From Anthoceros angustus (lineage: Eukaryota; Plantae; Anthocerotophyta): 64,000 nt of DNA. The notes under the pieces were generated by a model. The model had not been told where the DNA came from and did not search any database. It was given only the letters and a program-made list of their open reading frames with translations. Location: the NCBI GenBank assembly GCA_010909165.1, contig VJWM01000288.1:62693-126692 (forward strand), written 5' to 3'. Positions within the stretch are counted from its first letter, which is position 1, and every line of letters begins with the position of its first letter. This document shows, piece by piece, positions 13,401-26,542 of this stretch. A program made the position numbers and the translations under genes.

Positions 13401-14295
13401 CTGGGGAGGATCACCAGACAGCAGTTGAGGCTCTCCACTTTTTCTAGAACCATCCTCACTCCTTGAGACTCTACCCTCTCCATCGTCTGGAGGCAGAGGG
13501 CTGCCATCAAAGCTCTGAGAGGAATTGAACTTGTCGGAATGACTTGTGTGCTGGTTATCAGTGAGCTCTAGGTCTATCACACTGTCATCTTCAAACTCCT
13601 CCCCTTGAAGCCTACTAAGGTCGGCCAGCCGTGAGTAACGTGCATGATCATCATAATCATTATCCTTGTTAAAGAAATCGTCTTCATCGTCACTTCTGCA
13701 TACGTAGCCGAAACAGAAGGATCCCGTTCAGGCACCTCACACCACCAGTGAAGCAAGCAGTGCAGAAAGCAGCTAGACAGCGCAGGGACGAAAACGTCAC
13801 AACTCACCGGTTGCCATAAGTCGTAGGCGGGCTGGAGGGCTGATAGTCCACCTTAACCGAGCGCTGAGCCATGGTCAAGTGGGCAGAGACACCATCCAAA
13901 TCAAGGTCCACCTCCTCGGAGGCGATGGCTGTCATCGGAGGATCCTGAGAGTCGGCATGAAGCTGGGGAAGGTCACCTGCATCGGCACTGTCCTGCGTGA
14001 ACACCTTGTAGCAGTAATTGCAGACCCGCACTCGGTGTTCGGCCCCCTCCTCATCAGCACCGTTGGCGTCGGGAACAGGTATGGTATTCACAGAGCAATT
14101 TCCACAGAAAACCTTGCCGCATCTGCGACAGTGATGGCGGCGATTGAAGATGGTGAACGCAACCTCGCACTCGTAGCACAGGCGGCAATTCCGATCGGGC
14201 ATCCAAAACTCACGGGCCGAAGGCTCTGGCTTGTGCGGAATCCATGCGCGAATGCGTTCGAACAGGTCGCTGAAGACATTTACCGAGGCCTCCAT
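7462..14295 (-). CDS. FAB1: 1-phosphatidylinositol-3-phosphate 5-kinase FAB1/PIKfyve (FAB1A/B type), multi-exon
   Basis: N-terminal FYVE finger ([14 protein letters not shown]...[13 protein letters not shown]), CCT/TCP-1-like domain ([26 protein letters not shown]), CCR region ([18 protein letters not shown]), and PIPK domain ([54 protein letters not shown]). Confidence 0.96.
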
Positions 14296-14690
14296 CTACC
14301 GTCATACCTACGCCTCCGCAGATGATGCAGCTGACAAAGCTACACCACCAGCCGTCCCAATTGCGCTGCCTTGCGCCGCGCGTCCCAATTCCGGCTTCCC
14401 TTCCCCTCTCCACCTCCGGCAACGCCCTACCCAGTACACACACCTCCCTCCGAATTGCGCCTCAGGGATGCTTATTCTCAGAGCCCCGGTCTCCCAGATC
14501 CGCAATTCCACTCCCAATCCAATTCCCTTTTTCTCCAGGCACGAGAAGCCGGACGTCGTCGTCCTCCTCCTCCCCTCCCTACATCCACAACCCGGAAGCT
14601 GCAAGATCCCTCCTGCGGGTCCAGCAGCTGGCGCCCGCTCCCGAGCTCAGATTGATGCAAGAATTGGATGCTCGATGCTCGAGGGCGGCA

Positions 14691-14720
14691 GGGCAGGGCA
14701 GGGCAGGGCAGGGCAGGGCA
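14691..14720 (+). repeat. (GGGCA)6 microsatellite, followed by (CAGGCTC)-like repeats, in the FAB1 5' leader/promoter
   Basis: Direct reading of 14691-14720 and about 14811-14850. Confidence 0.85.
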
Positions 14721-15522
14721 CACAAACGGGGAGCGGGCGGAGGCAGGAGCGGAGTGGATGCGGGGCCGAGGGCGCAGGCGCAGAGGCGGCAGCGGCAGCC
14801 GGGACAGGGCGCAGGCTCCAGGCTCCAGGCTCCCGGCTCCAGGCTCAGGCGCAGACTCGGGCTCGGGCGCAGAGAGAGGTGTGGGCCGCGGACCCTGGGC
14901 GCAGCAGCAGGGTGGTGGAAGGGGGAAGCGAGCAAGAAAGGGCATCCGCCATGTCCATGCGGTGGGCGCAAGCCCAGTATGCCTGCTTCCGTGGCACTTC
15001 TTCAAACTCTCTCTTTCCCCTTCGCTTGGCTTTGCTTTTGGATGTATTCGTACTGTATTGAGATCAAGGTAAACAGTACTGTACAAGTGGTAAAACCCTA
15101 GCTTCCGGGAACATATTTAGAGTGTTTCCTTCTCGGGAACCAAAAACCGCTTGTTTTGCAACCTCCAGCATCTACAAATCGTTGCTTCTGCCGCCTAATA
15201 CGCCCATCGCACACCGCAGTTTGACATTTGCCTCCCCAGTTACATACGTTCCCCGACGCCCCACTTGTTTGTTTAGGTCTCGCCATCCAAAACCGTTATT
15301 ACTCTCCCTCTACAACATATCTCGATCGTTACAAACAGGTGGGGCGGGATATATTTCTCATGTGGAGGTCTCACCAGGAAAAGAAAATCAGATGCTTTCC
15401 AAGGACGGATGGATTAGTGATCATTTTTCAAATTATATATATATATATCATGTAAATCATGGTAAAATATTAAAATAAATTATTTCAATATTGAACTCTC
15501 TAAATAATCCCATCTCTTGATT

Positions 15523-16147
15523 GACTGACAAGTTCATAGGTCTCTTTCATTTTCACTCAAAAAAGGAACAAGTTCATATGACCGGTGAGATTGCGTACAA
15601 GGAATAGCATACCTATTCATGTTGTCGTGAAACTTTTATGCGAGTATGTTCACGTGGGGGGTCGTGAAACTTTGTGCGAGTATGTTCACGTGGGGGGTCG
15701 TGAAACTTTCTGCGAATATGCTCAAGTGGGTCGCAGTACTCGTTTGATTGTCGCACTTCTGTGGTTATGGTATGTACTATACAATTCAGATGTCTCTTTC
15801 TCGATAGTGGAGTAGAGCGGTGGTGTTTCATATATGTCTTGTGCAATTTGGATTTGTCTTTCTCGGTAGTGGGAGTAGGGAGATGGTGTTTTCATGTATG
15901 TACTATACAAGTCCGGATTTGTCTTTCTCGATAGTGGAGTAGGTATATACTGTACAATTTTGGATTTGCCTTTCTCGGTAGTGGAGTAGGGCGGTGGAAT
16001 TCCACGTGAATGTGCCAGAGATAAGTACCATGGAAGTGTCACATTTAGTACATACACATGTGACCTTCTGACTTGGGTCGTAGAGTGACCTATGTACATA
16101 TGACAGATGTGCTATTTTACGTCTAGATACATATGAACTTGACAGTC
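15523..16147. mobile_element. Putative MITE/non-autonomous DNA transposon with internal short repeats
   Basis: Imperfect inverted ends GACTGACAAGTTCATA (15523) and TATGAACTTGACAGTC (16147). Internal ~38-bp tandem (GTCGTGAAACTTT..GCGAGTATGTTCACGTGGGGG) and four GATTTGTCTTTCTCG.TAGTGG.AGTAG-like copies. No clear TSD. Confidence 0.4.
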
Positions 16148-17397
16148 CACTTGGTGGATGTTCGTGCCGAGATCAATAATGCATCCACCATCAAGTGGAT
16201 GTTCGTGCCAAGATCAATAATGCATCCTCCGTCATAACAAGATACCAATGAGTATATGGTGTCTTCACTATTGGACCAAAGTACAATCATGGTGCATTCA
16301 CCATGGAAGTGAGGTACAATTTAGTAGTGTGTTTGAAGTATGGACATGCAATATTGCATTCATCAAACTACTAAGTGTATACAATCAACCTACAAAAAAT
16401 AGAGAAAAAAAAAGAAAGGAAAAGACCTAGGATATAAATAATAGAGGAATGACAACAAGGGATAACTAGAACATCCATCCATATGAGCACAAAAATATCC
16501 CTTACAAGCAAAATCGCACAAAACCATAATCACAAATAACCAAAATCCCACCAAACCAAAAGCGCACCAAACCTAAGTCGCACCCCGACAAGCCAATCCA
16601 TTTCAAGAAATATTCAGTATTACAATCAAACGCTTGAAAAGCTGCAATCAACCCATCCCACAGCCTCGCTGCAAGGAGAGCAATACTAAAGCTTAAACCT
16701 TCTAGTTCAAAACTAGAAAAAGATTATAATAAATTTTCCAGATATGGTACATAATCTGAGCAACTACCAAACACCTAGAGAGAACAACCATGGAATACGG
16801 GCGAAAGCGGCTGGAACTAGCGAAAAGCGCAAAGGGGTTTTGACGACCTAAGAAGCTGATGAGGGCCCTATGAAGCCGTGTGACGGTTGGCAAAATAACG
16901 GCATCTTTTACTGGCGGTTGTTGATCACGACTTAGAGCCTACCCTATCCCCAAGGCAGCGACGAAAACGAGCCAATCACCATATACATAATCCGGCGATA
17001 GAACCTACCCGTTGAAAAGATCCCAACGTCGGGCTGCCGGCAGGCTGATCTCAAAGAGCATGACAAAAGTTGCGGTTGCAACTGTGGACCCGGCAACAGT
17101 CAGAACGCTGGTGGAGACCGCACTACGAGGCCACGAATGCGAACAGTCGTCACAGCTCCACTCCACTGCGCCGCCTCCATCAAAGGCACAAAATTAGAAC
17201 TCTGCTACGTCTAAGCATCGATACATACAACACAGTCCCCTCCCACGGCCCACCGCATCTACCCATTTGGCTGAGCATGTACCCCACCATAACAGTTGGA
17301 ATCCGCAAACAGGAGACAAGGCATCAAAATATGACCTCAAAGTGCTTGCAAGCTAGTTTGCATCCTAGGATACGTCTGTGGTACACGGGGGGGGGAC

Positions 17398-18882
<1,485 letters not shown>

Positions 18883-20613
18883 TTCAACCGGCCCCAACAA
18901 AGATGGAATTTGAACAAGCGTTTCCCGCCGGCATCGACTCTCAAACAGTCCTAAATTCACAGCAGGTATCACTGCAACTCCTGCAGCCTGGGCCCTAAAA
19001 CTAATCTATTTACATGTCAGCCATCATCGCCCATCTCCACACCCGCTAGCCACAATCTACCGTGAGGCCCCTTCTTGACATGTATCCTTCCATACAGCGT
19101 ATCGCTCATCCCGAGGCATGTCATTTATGGAAACGTTTATCCTTAAACGTTATATACATACCAGATCGCCAAATAAGCCTTTACCATATATGTGAACTAC
19201 AAGAGCTGCTGCTTGGATTGGATCACGCGGAGGAGAGCAGGAAATGAAGCCACATGGCAAGATCGTGCATTGATTTTCGAAGAGCTTAGGTCCACCTTTG
19301 ACGTCAATGTCAAATCAAAGTCCCATTAAGCTTACACATTAGCAGAAGTGAGACCTTCGATGGGCAAACCTAGGAAGCTTGGGACACGGCGACATCGAGA
19401 ACCAGCAGCAGCTATGACAAAAACAATTGCTCTATGTACATTGGGTTTTAGCAGTGAACATTGTCATACCATCCTGAACCACTGGAACGGGATAAGTGCC
19501 TAGGATTTTGCACGCTGGTACACTATCCAGGTCATGCCAAGACAGTGTACCAGCAAATGCACAAAATACTGGGTACTTATCAGACAACCGTGTTGGAAAT
19601 CGGCTTTGGGAGTTCAACTTTCAGACAGAAACAAATCCGCAGCATTCCCAGCCATTCGACATGCCAGATAGCCAATGCCACTTCCCCCTGACAGACTAGA
19701 CACTCACCATGGAAAGGTCCCCTTCCGCTGAATAAAGTGCAAGGATCAGTGCAAGGATGAGGTCTCATCGCAGTGTTCAGAGCCTAAGCCCCCAGGATCT
19801 CACAAGTGCAAGAAAGTGGGGGCTCGGCATTCACTCCTCAAGGTACTCATGCTTGTCATCATGTCTCTGCATCCAGTCGCACCTAGCAGCCCAAGTTACA
19901 TAATCTCCCAAACCCCGTTCCCACAAGCTTACAGAAGACGGCTCAGATCAAGTGTAAATAGATCACTCATGGAAGGCAATAACAGCATGTGCCAGGGCAC
20001 CCTCTCGGATACCTACCGGCACAGACCAAACCTCGAGTGTCCTTCCTCGTTCCAATCCTCGCCGAAACATATCAAAACAACCCTCGACAGCACGAATAAG
20101 TACTGGACTACGAGAGACAGCTTAACGAAGGGGCAACGTGGTCAGTCCAGGATTCTCGGTTACCACGGAATACCAGGCCCACAGCACTCAAGGAGCAGAA
20201 CCAAAGAAGGCAATCCCTGTCGGCCAAACTCACGCCAATGCACGCTCACCTTCTCATCAACCTAGACGCTGCAAAACTGCGTACTTCGACACAGCTCAAC
20301 AAGAAACTCTAGAGCCAGTCCGCGTATGTGGACAGAACTCGAGAATCTGGCCAGCCTGAGTAGAACGCTGGCATGCTCCAGACACGGAGACCAGTCCCCA
20401 AGGCTTGAGAAAGCGCTCAATTATGGGCTATGCTCCATGACTGTGCAATTCAGACGCCACTCTTCACTTCTTCTTCTTGAATAACTGGTGTGGGGTATTT
20501 CATAGTTCAGCAGCACTCCTTCTGCCACCCAGTGAACCCTAAACCTAACTTATATATATTTTCGTCCCTCCACTCGGAATCTCTTTTAGCGCACAACTCT
20601 TCCAGACCCAGCC

Positions 20614-21380
20614 ATGGCGGCTACTGCGAAGACGGTGAAGGATGTGCCATCGCACGAATTTGTGCGCGCCTACGCTGCGCACCTGAAGAAATCCGGCAAG
20701 GTATGCTGTGTTCTGTTGACGCGATTCCGCAGCTGGAGTGATTGGTGACAGCTGGGGTGGGTTCGTTCTGACTCCTTGCTGCGTCGTACAGATCAACGTC
20801 CCAGCTTGGGTAGATATCGTGAAGACAGCAACCTTCAAGGAGCTGGCACCATATGACCCTGATTGGTATTACATCAGGACGGGTACGTTGACGTTGTTCA
20901 GCCCGAGTCAGGAGGCATGTTGAAGGGATTCATACTTGTTGAATGAAAGCAGTATGTTGATTTCTTGGAGGCCTGTGCTTCCCCTGAATCCTGTTGTCTA
21001 ACTCTGGATGGGGTGGTGCTGATCTGAACAGCTTCCATGGCCAGGAAGATCTACCTTCGACATGGCATTGGATTGGGTGCTTTCCGCAAGATTTATGGAG
21101 GTCGCAAGAGCAACGGTGTAAGACCCTCGCACTTCGCCAAGAGCAGCGGGGCCATTGCAAGGAGTGTGTTGAAGCAGCTGGAGACCCTTGATATTATTAA
21201 CAAGGACCCGAAAGGGTTAGTCTCTGTTCATCCTTTTCGGTAACCGTGCATGCTGTTAGCTTGCTTTTCAAAAGCGTCTGATGTCGGTGTTTTCTTCCCC
21301 GCAGAGGAAGGCGTATTACATCGAGCGGACAACGGGACCTCGACCAAGTCGCAGGCCGCATCGCCGTGGCTCCCGCCTGA
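20614..21380 (+). CDS. RPS19: 40S ribosomal protein S19 (eS19), 4 exons
   Basis: Exons 20614-20700, 20792-20882, 21032-21215, 21305-21380. Protein [29 protein letters not shown]...[13 protein letters not shown]...[20 protein letters not shown]. Confidence 0.97.
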
Positions 21381-21981
21381 GAATCGTTTACGAATTACTT
21401 CTATGGGAATTTTGCCTGCGACTCTCTGTACCCAGCTCTGAATTAGGTTGAGGATGAGTAGGCAGTTAGTGGAACGAGGTTTCGGTTTGACGATACAACT
21501 ACTCTCGGGGTGGTCTCTCCTGCGGACCTCACGAGCTGCCAGTTTCTGGAAGTAAACATGATTTTTGGGGAGTTGACGAGGGTTGGGAGTGTACAAGCAG
21601 GGCCTTCAGACCTCGTAAAGAATCGATGGCGAGATCACAACCTGGGGGGCTGGCAGTTGGAGGACGTGACATGCCTATCAACCCAGGGAGGTATCAGCAA
21701 ACACCAGGGGCGTGGTGGTGGATGAAGCCGAGAGCTTGTCGCAGCGGGAAAGGCAGAAGTCCTGACTGCGGCTACGACAATTAAGGAGAGCTAATTGTTG
21801 GTCTTTGTTTCAGCGGGTCAGTTCTAAGAGTTCTGATTCGACGTGTTGCGCATTATCACAAGTACACAAACCTCGCCCTCGTTTCGCCCGTCGCTGGCGC
21901 GTCACACAGAAAACAGAAAATTCGCCTTGAACTCTCTGCGAACGCTACGCTGTTGTGTCAGGTGAAGGACGGGAGAAGGTA

Positions 21982-22503
21982 CAGTCGGCCCCCCCTAATT
22001 GGGAATTCTATAAATGGGATTCCTCTCTAAATGGGACCTCCCATCCTACTCCCTTTAGTTTATAATGTAACAAATGGGACTTTTCCTAAATGATAATTGG
22101 GACCTTTTGAAGCATACATTCATGTTAGTTTCACCTCCTAAATGGGATTTCTCATTTTTTTACTAAAAATCTAAAAAGAAAAAGAATCCATTATTTCAGA
22201 GCTTTATAGACTTTTAGGTGTGATTGAAGACTCTTAAGCTAAGCTTTTCCTTTATGATAGGTAGAGGTTTTTGATGCTTAGAGAGAGTGCTAGCTTTCAA
22301 ACAACTATATAAAGAACTGGTAAAAGTTATTTTAGTGAAACCTATCAATCAAAATTTAAATTTTCTTTTTGGGTATTTTTTGATTTGTTTTAAAGTTTAT
22401 AACATTTTATTATTTTTAAATAGGGAAAATACAATCGGGACACCTCCCTTAATGGGACCTCTAAAGGCACTCCGAACCAGTCCCAATTAGGGGGGGTGGA
22501 CTG
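21982..22503. mobile_element. Tc1/mariner-pogo type MITE (522 bp)
   Basis: TIRs CAGTC(GG/CA)CCCCCCCTAATTGGGA at both ends, flanked by a TA target duplication (21980-81 and 22504-05). AT-rich interior with repeated AATGGGA motifs. Confidence 0.88.
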
Positions 22504-23072
22504 TAGTTTGCTTATCAGATATCGTTGATGGACTTTTTACCACTGAGGCAAACAGCCACACAGGGGTGGGTTGTGTCTGCAAGTTGTCATTATTTTGGAG
22601 AGGGTCCACGAGGAACCAGTTGGCCTATTCGTACGACATCCTTACGCCGCTGGAAGACGTTTTTCTTAATATCCACGTTTTTGTAAGGCATTTGCACATA
22701 GGTACCTACTCATTGGACCAGGGGTCGAATTTCGGTAGTAGGCATGCCTTTGTCAAATAAGTTTCTAGTAAGAAAACCATTTACGACACAAATCCCAATG
22801 GAGGAAGGTGAACAATCTATCAGACTCCCTCTCGCAGAGCTGGTCCTGATCAACACTAGATATGCTCAAGCGTTGGTCAGTTCTGGTTCTACCAAGTACC
22901 TAGTAGCACTCTAGGCAACTGGGTACTTAGTTTGTCAATTTAACGTTCTAAACTCCTTGTGACTACGTAATCCAGGATTCTAATGTAGGCTAATTTACCA
23001 AGAGTTTTCAGGGCTCCAATCGCTGTAAAAATATAGGCCGAACCACTGGTTTCAGATAGTGGTTCACGTACA

Positions 23073-24811
23073 CTATGACGCATCGGGAGGACTCCTGCGA
23101 CTGTTGGCACTGCCGAATGCTGCCAACAGTCTGAGTAACTCGGTGACGGAGAACTCTATACGCTCCCCTGATGTGCCGCGTGTTTGGGCCTCAGTTGCTG
23201 CCCGCCTGGCGTTTTGGTACTCGAACGCGGCTACCTTGGACGTCCGGGACTTCCGAAACACAGTCTCGAAGTCCTCTTGTTTCAATGGCCTGGGTTCCTG
23301 CACACATGGAATACGCCAGATCAGTCCAGGAGATCAAGTCTCACCTCTCCGAACAATCTCGAGTTTTAAGAAGCCACTCACAAGTATCTGCACCCCTTCC
23401 CCGGCCTTTTTTTCATCTTCGAGGAGATCCCTTATAGGCAGGTAAGCAGCTTCCTTGCAAAGCTCTGTTAGATCCGAGCCACTATACCCTTCACACATTG
23501 CTGCGAGCCGATCGATGTCAATTTGCTCCTCAACGTCTTCGTCCTTCAGGATGACTTTTAATATGCTGGCCCGCTGTTTCAGGTCCGGCAATCCAACCTC
23601 AAAAGCTCTTGGCAGGCGCCTCAAAATAGCTTCGTCCAGCTCCCAGGGTCTATTGGTGGCAGCCAGTACCATGACACGGGCATTCTCTGGATAACACAAA
23701 GCAGACAAAATTACAAACAAACCTGAAGTATCCACTTCAAAACAGCAAAAAATCTGCAGGCTACAGAATTGACTTTGCCTGGGGTAAAGAAATCAGAAAC
23801 CCTGCTCCACAGCGCAGCAACAGAACTTACGGTCTGTAGTAAAACCATCCCATAAAGCCATGAACTCAGTCTTCATATTTGTCAGGGCCTCATGCTCAGT
23901 GACTTGACGCTGCCCGAGAAAGCTGTCAACTTCGTCGATGAATATGATAGCAGGTTGGAGCTTGCCAGCAAGGGTGAAAACTGCTGTAACTGCAATGTGG
24001 ATGCACACGCATGTTAAGTCCTAGCTGCCTCGACAAACCAAATCGCACTTGGCTGCAACAGACTACTCGCCCAAAGCCAAGCAAGCAATAAACACACCCA
24101 AAATTCAGACAGGACATTGAGCCTACAGCTCTCCATACCTAACTTTTGCGAATCCCCGAACCACTTGCTCATAAGAGTTGCGATGCGCACGTTGATAAAC
24201 ACAGCCTGAGACTCCTTGGCAATGGCCTTCGCCAGCAAAGTCTTGCCTGTTCCGGGCGGGCCGAAAAGCAAGACACCCTTCTGGGGCCTCAACAGCTTTC
24301 CATGCTCAAATAAATCAGGCCTTTGCAAGGGCAAAATCACCAATTCAATCAGAGATTGCTTTACAGACTCGAGCCCTCCGATAGAGTTAAACGTCACGTC
24401 GATATCCTCCGGATTGACGACATCACACGCAATCATATCCTGCAACAAATCGCATACCCACAATCAGCCAATGTGAAAAACGATTAAGCCCGGTCAGCTG
24501 CCGACATCATCAGACACGCTGATACGAACGACGACAAAAAGCAGGCAGTCCAAAACCCCATCCCGCGTTGCCACCCAATTCTCTCCACCGTATTACAAGG
24601 GGATCACCTCATAGGTGTTGGTCTGTATCAGCGGCCGATTAAGCCTCTTAGCTATCTCCTTCTTGCGCTCTGCCGCCTTCTTGGCCTGGCCCCGGTTGGG
24701 ATCCAAATGGCGTAATCCCACGAAGAGCACCAGGCAACTCAGAGCTGCGCTAACGGCATAAAGAAACAATTCCTGCCCAATGGAAACCGCCCGCCTCCCG
24801 GCGGCCCCCAT
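23073..24811 (-). CDS. ATAD1/Msp1-type membrane-anchored AAA+ ATPase, multi-exon
   Basis: N-terminal TM segment ([19 protein letters not shown]), Walker A GPPGTGKT, Walker B IIFIDEVD, and [24 protein letters not shown]. Confidence 0.93.
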
Positions 24812-25417
24812 TCCCGCTCTGCTTCCACTCACTCACGCAGACATGGAGAATGCAAAGCGCCATGAACAGATCATCCTGGAGCGTTGCGACGGGTTCCACC
24901 TACCCAGGACCGACACCTAGCTGCGGGTCTCCAGACCCAGCCTGCCGCCAAGAACAAGAATCAATTCATGAGCTCCAAGCGAGACACGCAGGGGAGTGTG
25001 CAATGCTCAGCCAAACCCTACCAAACTCCCTGCCAAGAGGGTTTAGGGTTGAAGTAACCATGGCTTCGGCGAAGCATCCTCCTAGGGTCCTCCCTACACC
25101 CTACAAAGTACAGACCTATTGCACTCCACCCGTTGTAAGAACGTAAATTATGCCCCTCAAGATCGAGAGTTTCCCGACCTGGCCTACCTACTCTGTTGAA
25201 TTTGCAACGATTTAGATGAAACCCTTGATCGACATATAGGCAATTGGCACAAACATAAGACCGTATGTACCTAGTCGATAACTGGAAACCTGTATATCAT
25301 AAGGTCAAGCAACGTGGGTATCTAACAGGTGAGAAGGAAAGGAATCGCTGGAAAGTAGAAGCAGGGGGGCTCAAGGGGAAGGCGAAACCAGGCAAGAGTC
25401 CCGAGTCATTCTGCGCC

Positions 25418-26327
25418 ATGGCGGGTGCGGGTCCTCCACCCGTGTTAACGCAGCAAGGTCGAGACGCACTATGGGAAGGTGTGCGCCTCTACTTGTGCCG
25501 TTGGGAGGCCCTGCAACTTGCTTTGGAGCATAACGACGGCAATCCTGCTTACGTGCAGCAGCTTCATGGCGACATCCTCAAGTGGCTCACCACTACCAAA
25601 GGTCTGTTACTGCCTCCGAGGGGTCGAGTATCTCAGGCTGGGTCAGTGTTCAGCTGCATCTTTTGCGGGTAGGTTAGGGCGAGGATCTGCGTATTGATGC
25701 CGTGTTTGTTGGATCTCTTTGGCAGGAACGCTGTATGTGGACGAGCTTGAGAATCTGCTTGACGACAGGTTGTTGCAACTATTTGGGACTGAGGCAGACG
25801 ATGGCAGCATAGAGGAGGTATGGAAGTGCAGGTGCTCTACTTCTCGCTGGAGGCTCGTCTTGGAAGCCTTGTGTCAGAGTGTTTATCGGTGGACTGTTCT
25901 TGTCGTCCAGGTTGCTGAGAAGATCATGGAATTACACGAAGATTGCCTCGTCGGTGACTTCAGGACCGTAGAAAGGCTTGCTCAAGCTCCTCCTCCGCCT
26001 CGACGCTCGGTTGGGCCTTTACTTGTTCGCTTTCCTGCATGCGGATATTGTAATACTTAATTCTGTTAGTGTCATGTTGTTGACCCTTAAGTGGCGCTTT
26101 TCTTCCAGGTTGCTGTGGCAAGTGACACCGAGCAGGCGAGTGATGAGGAGGACGACGATGAAATGGAAGACGCTGCCAGTGAGGATGTTGAGCAGAAACT
26201 AGATCCCGCCCCTTCAAAGAGTGCTGTTGCCTCTAAGAGCGCTGGACATTTAACTGCTGAAGAGCGAGAAGCTGGCTGGCAGACAGTCCCAGTGAGCGGG
26301 AGGCGGAGGACTAAACGTGACCAATAA
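25418..26327 (+). CDS. TSR2: Pre-rRNA-processing protein TSR2, multi-exon
   Basis: EGVRLYLCRWEALQLALEH, LYVDELENLL...EADDGSIEEVAEKIMELHEDC, acidic tail and terminal GWQTVPVSGRRR motif. Confidence 0.85.
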
Positions 26328-26542
26328 CTTGTGTTTTAGTAGGGCTGGCTTTTCACTCGTCGCGGGAAATTCTGGACTAAACTCCACTATGGGGAAGAGG
26401 TGACGAAAGTAACTTGACGAGACCTATCACAAAGGTGGGCAGCAGTATCCCTAGTCATCCAGGGGACTCACTTTCCGATATAAGAAAGGATCCCAATAAA
26501 TGAGAAACCGATACATGGTGTGATCCGTCTACGCTTTAGTCC

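Noticed and set aside
14231-15101. Several overlapping 200-276-aa ORFs upstream of FAB1
   Set aside because: They arise from GC-rich low-complexity leader DNA and microsatellites (GGGCA, CAGGCTC) and show no domain motifs.
16400-17100. Possible L1 LINE 3' remnant on the minus strand (IMYHIWKIYYN, T-rich tail)
   Set aside because: Only a vague resemblance to the L1 C-terminal IW..RN motif; too weak to call. The adjacent 17400-17970 segments that first looked LINE-like are exons of the UPF0235 gene.
20614-26327. Functional cluster of 40S-related genes (RPS19 and TSR2)
   Set aside because: Only two genes, separated by an unrelated ATPase; most likely chance proximity in a compact genome.
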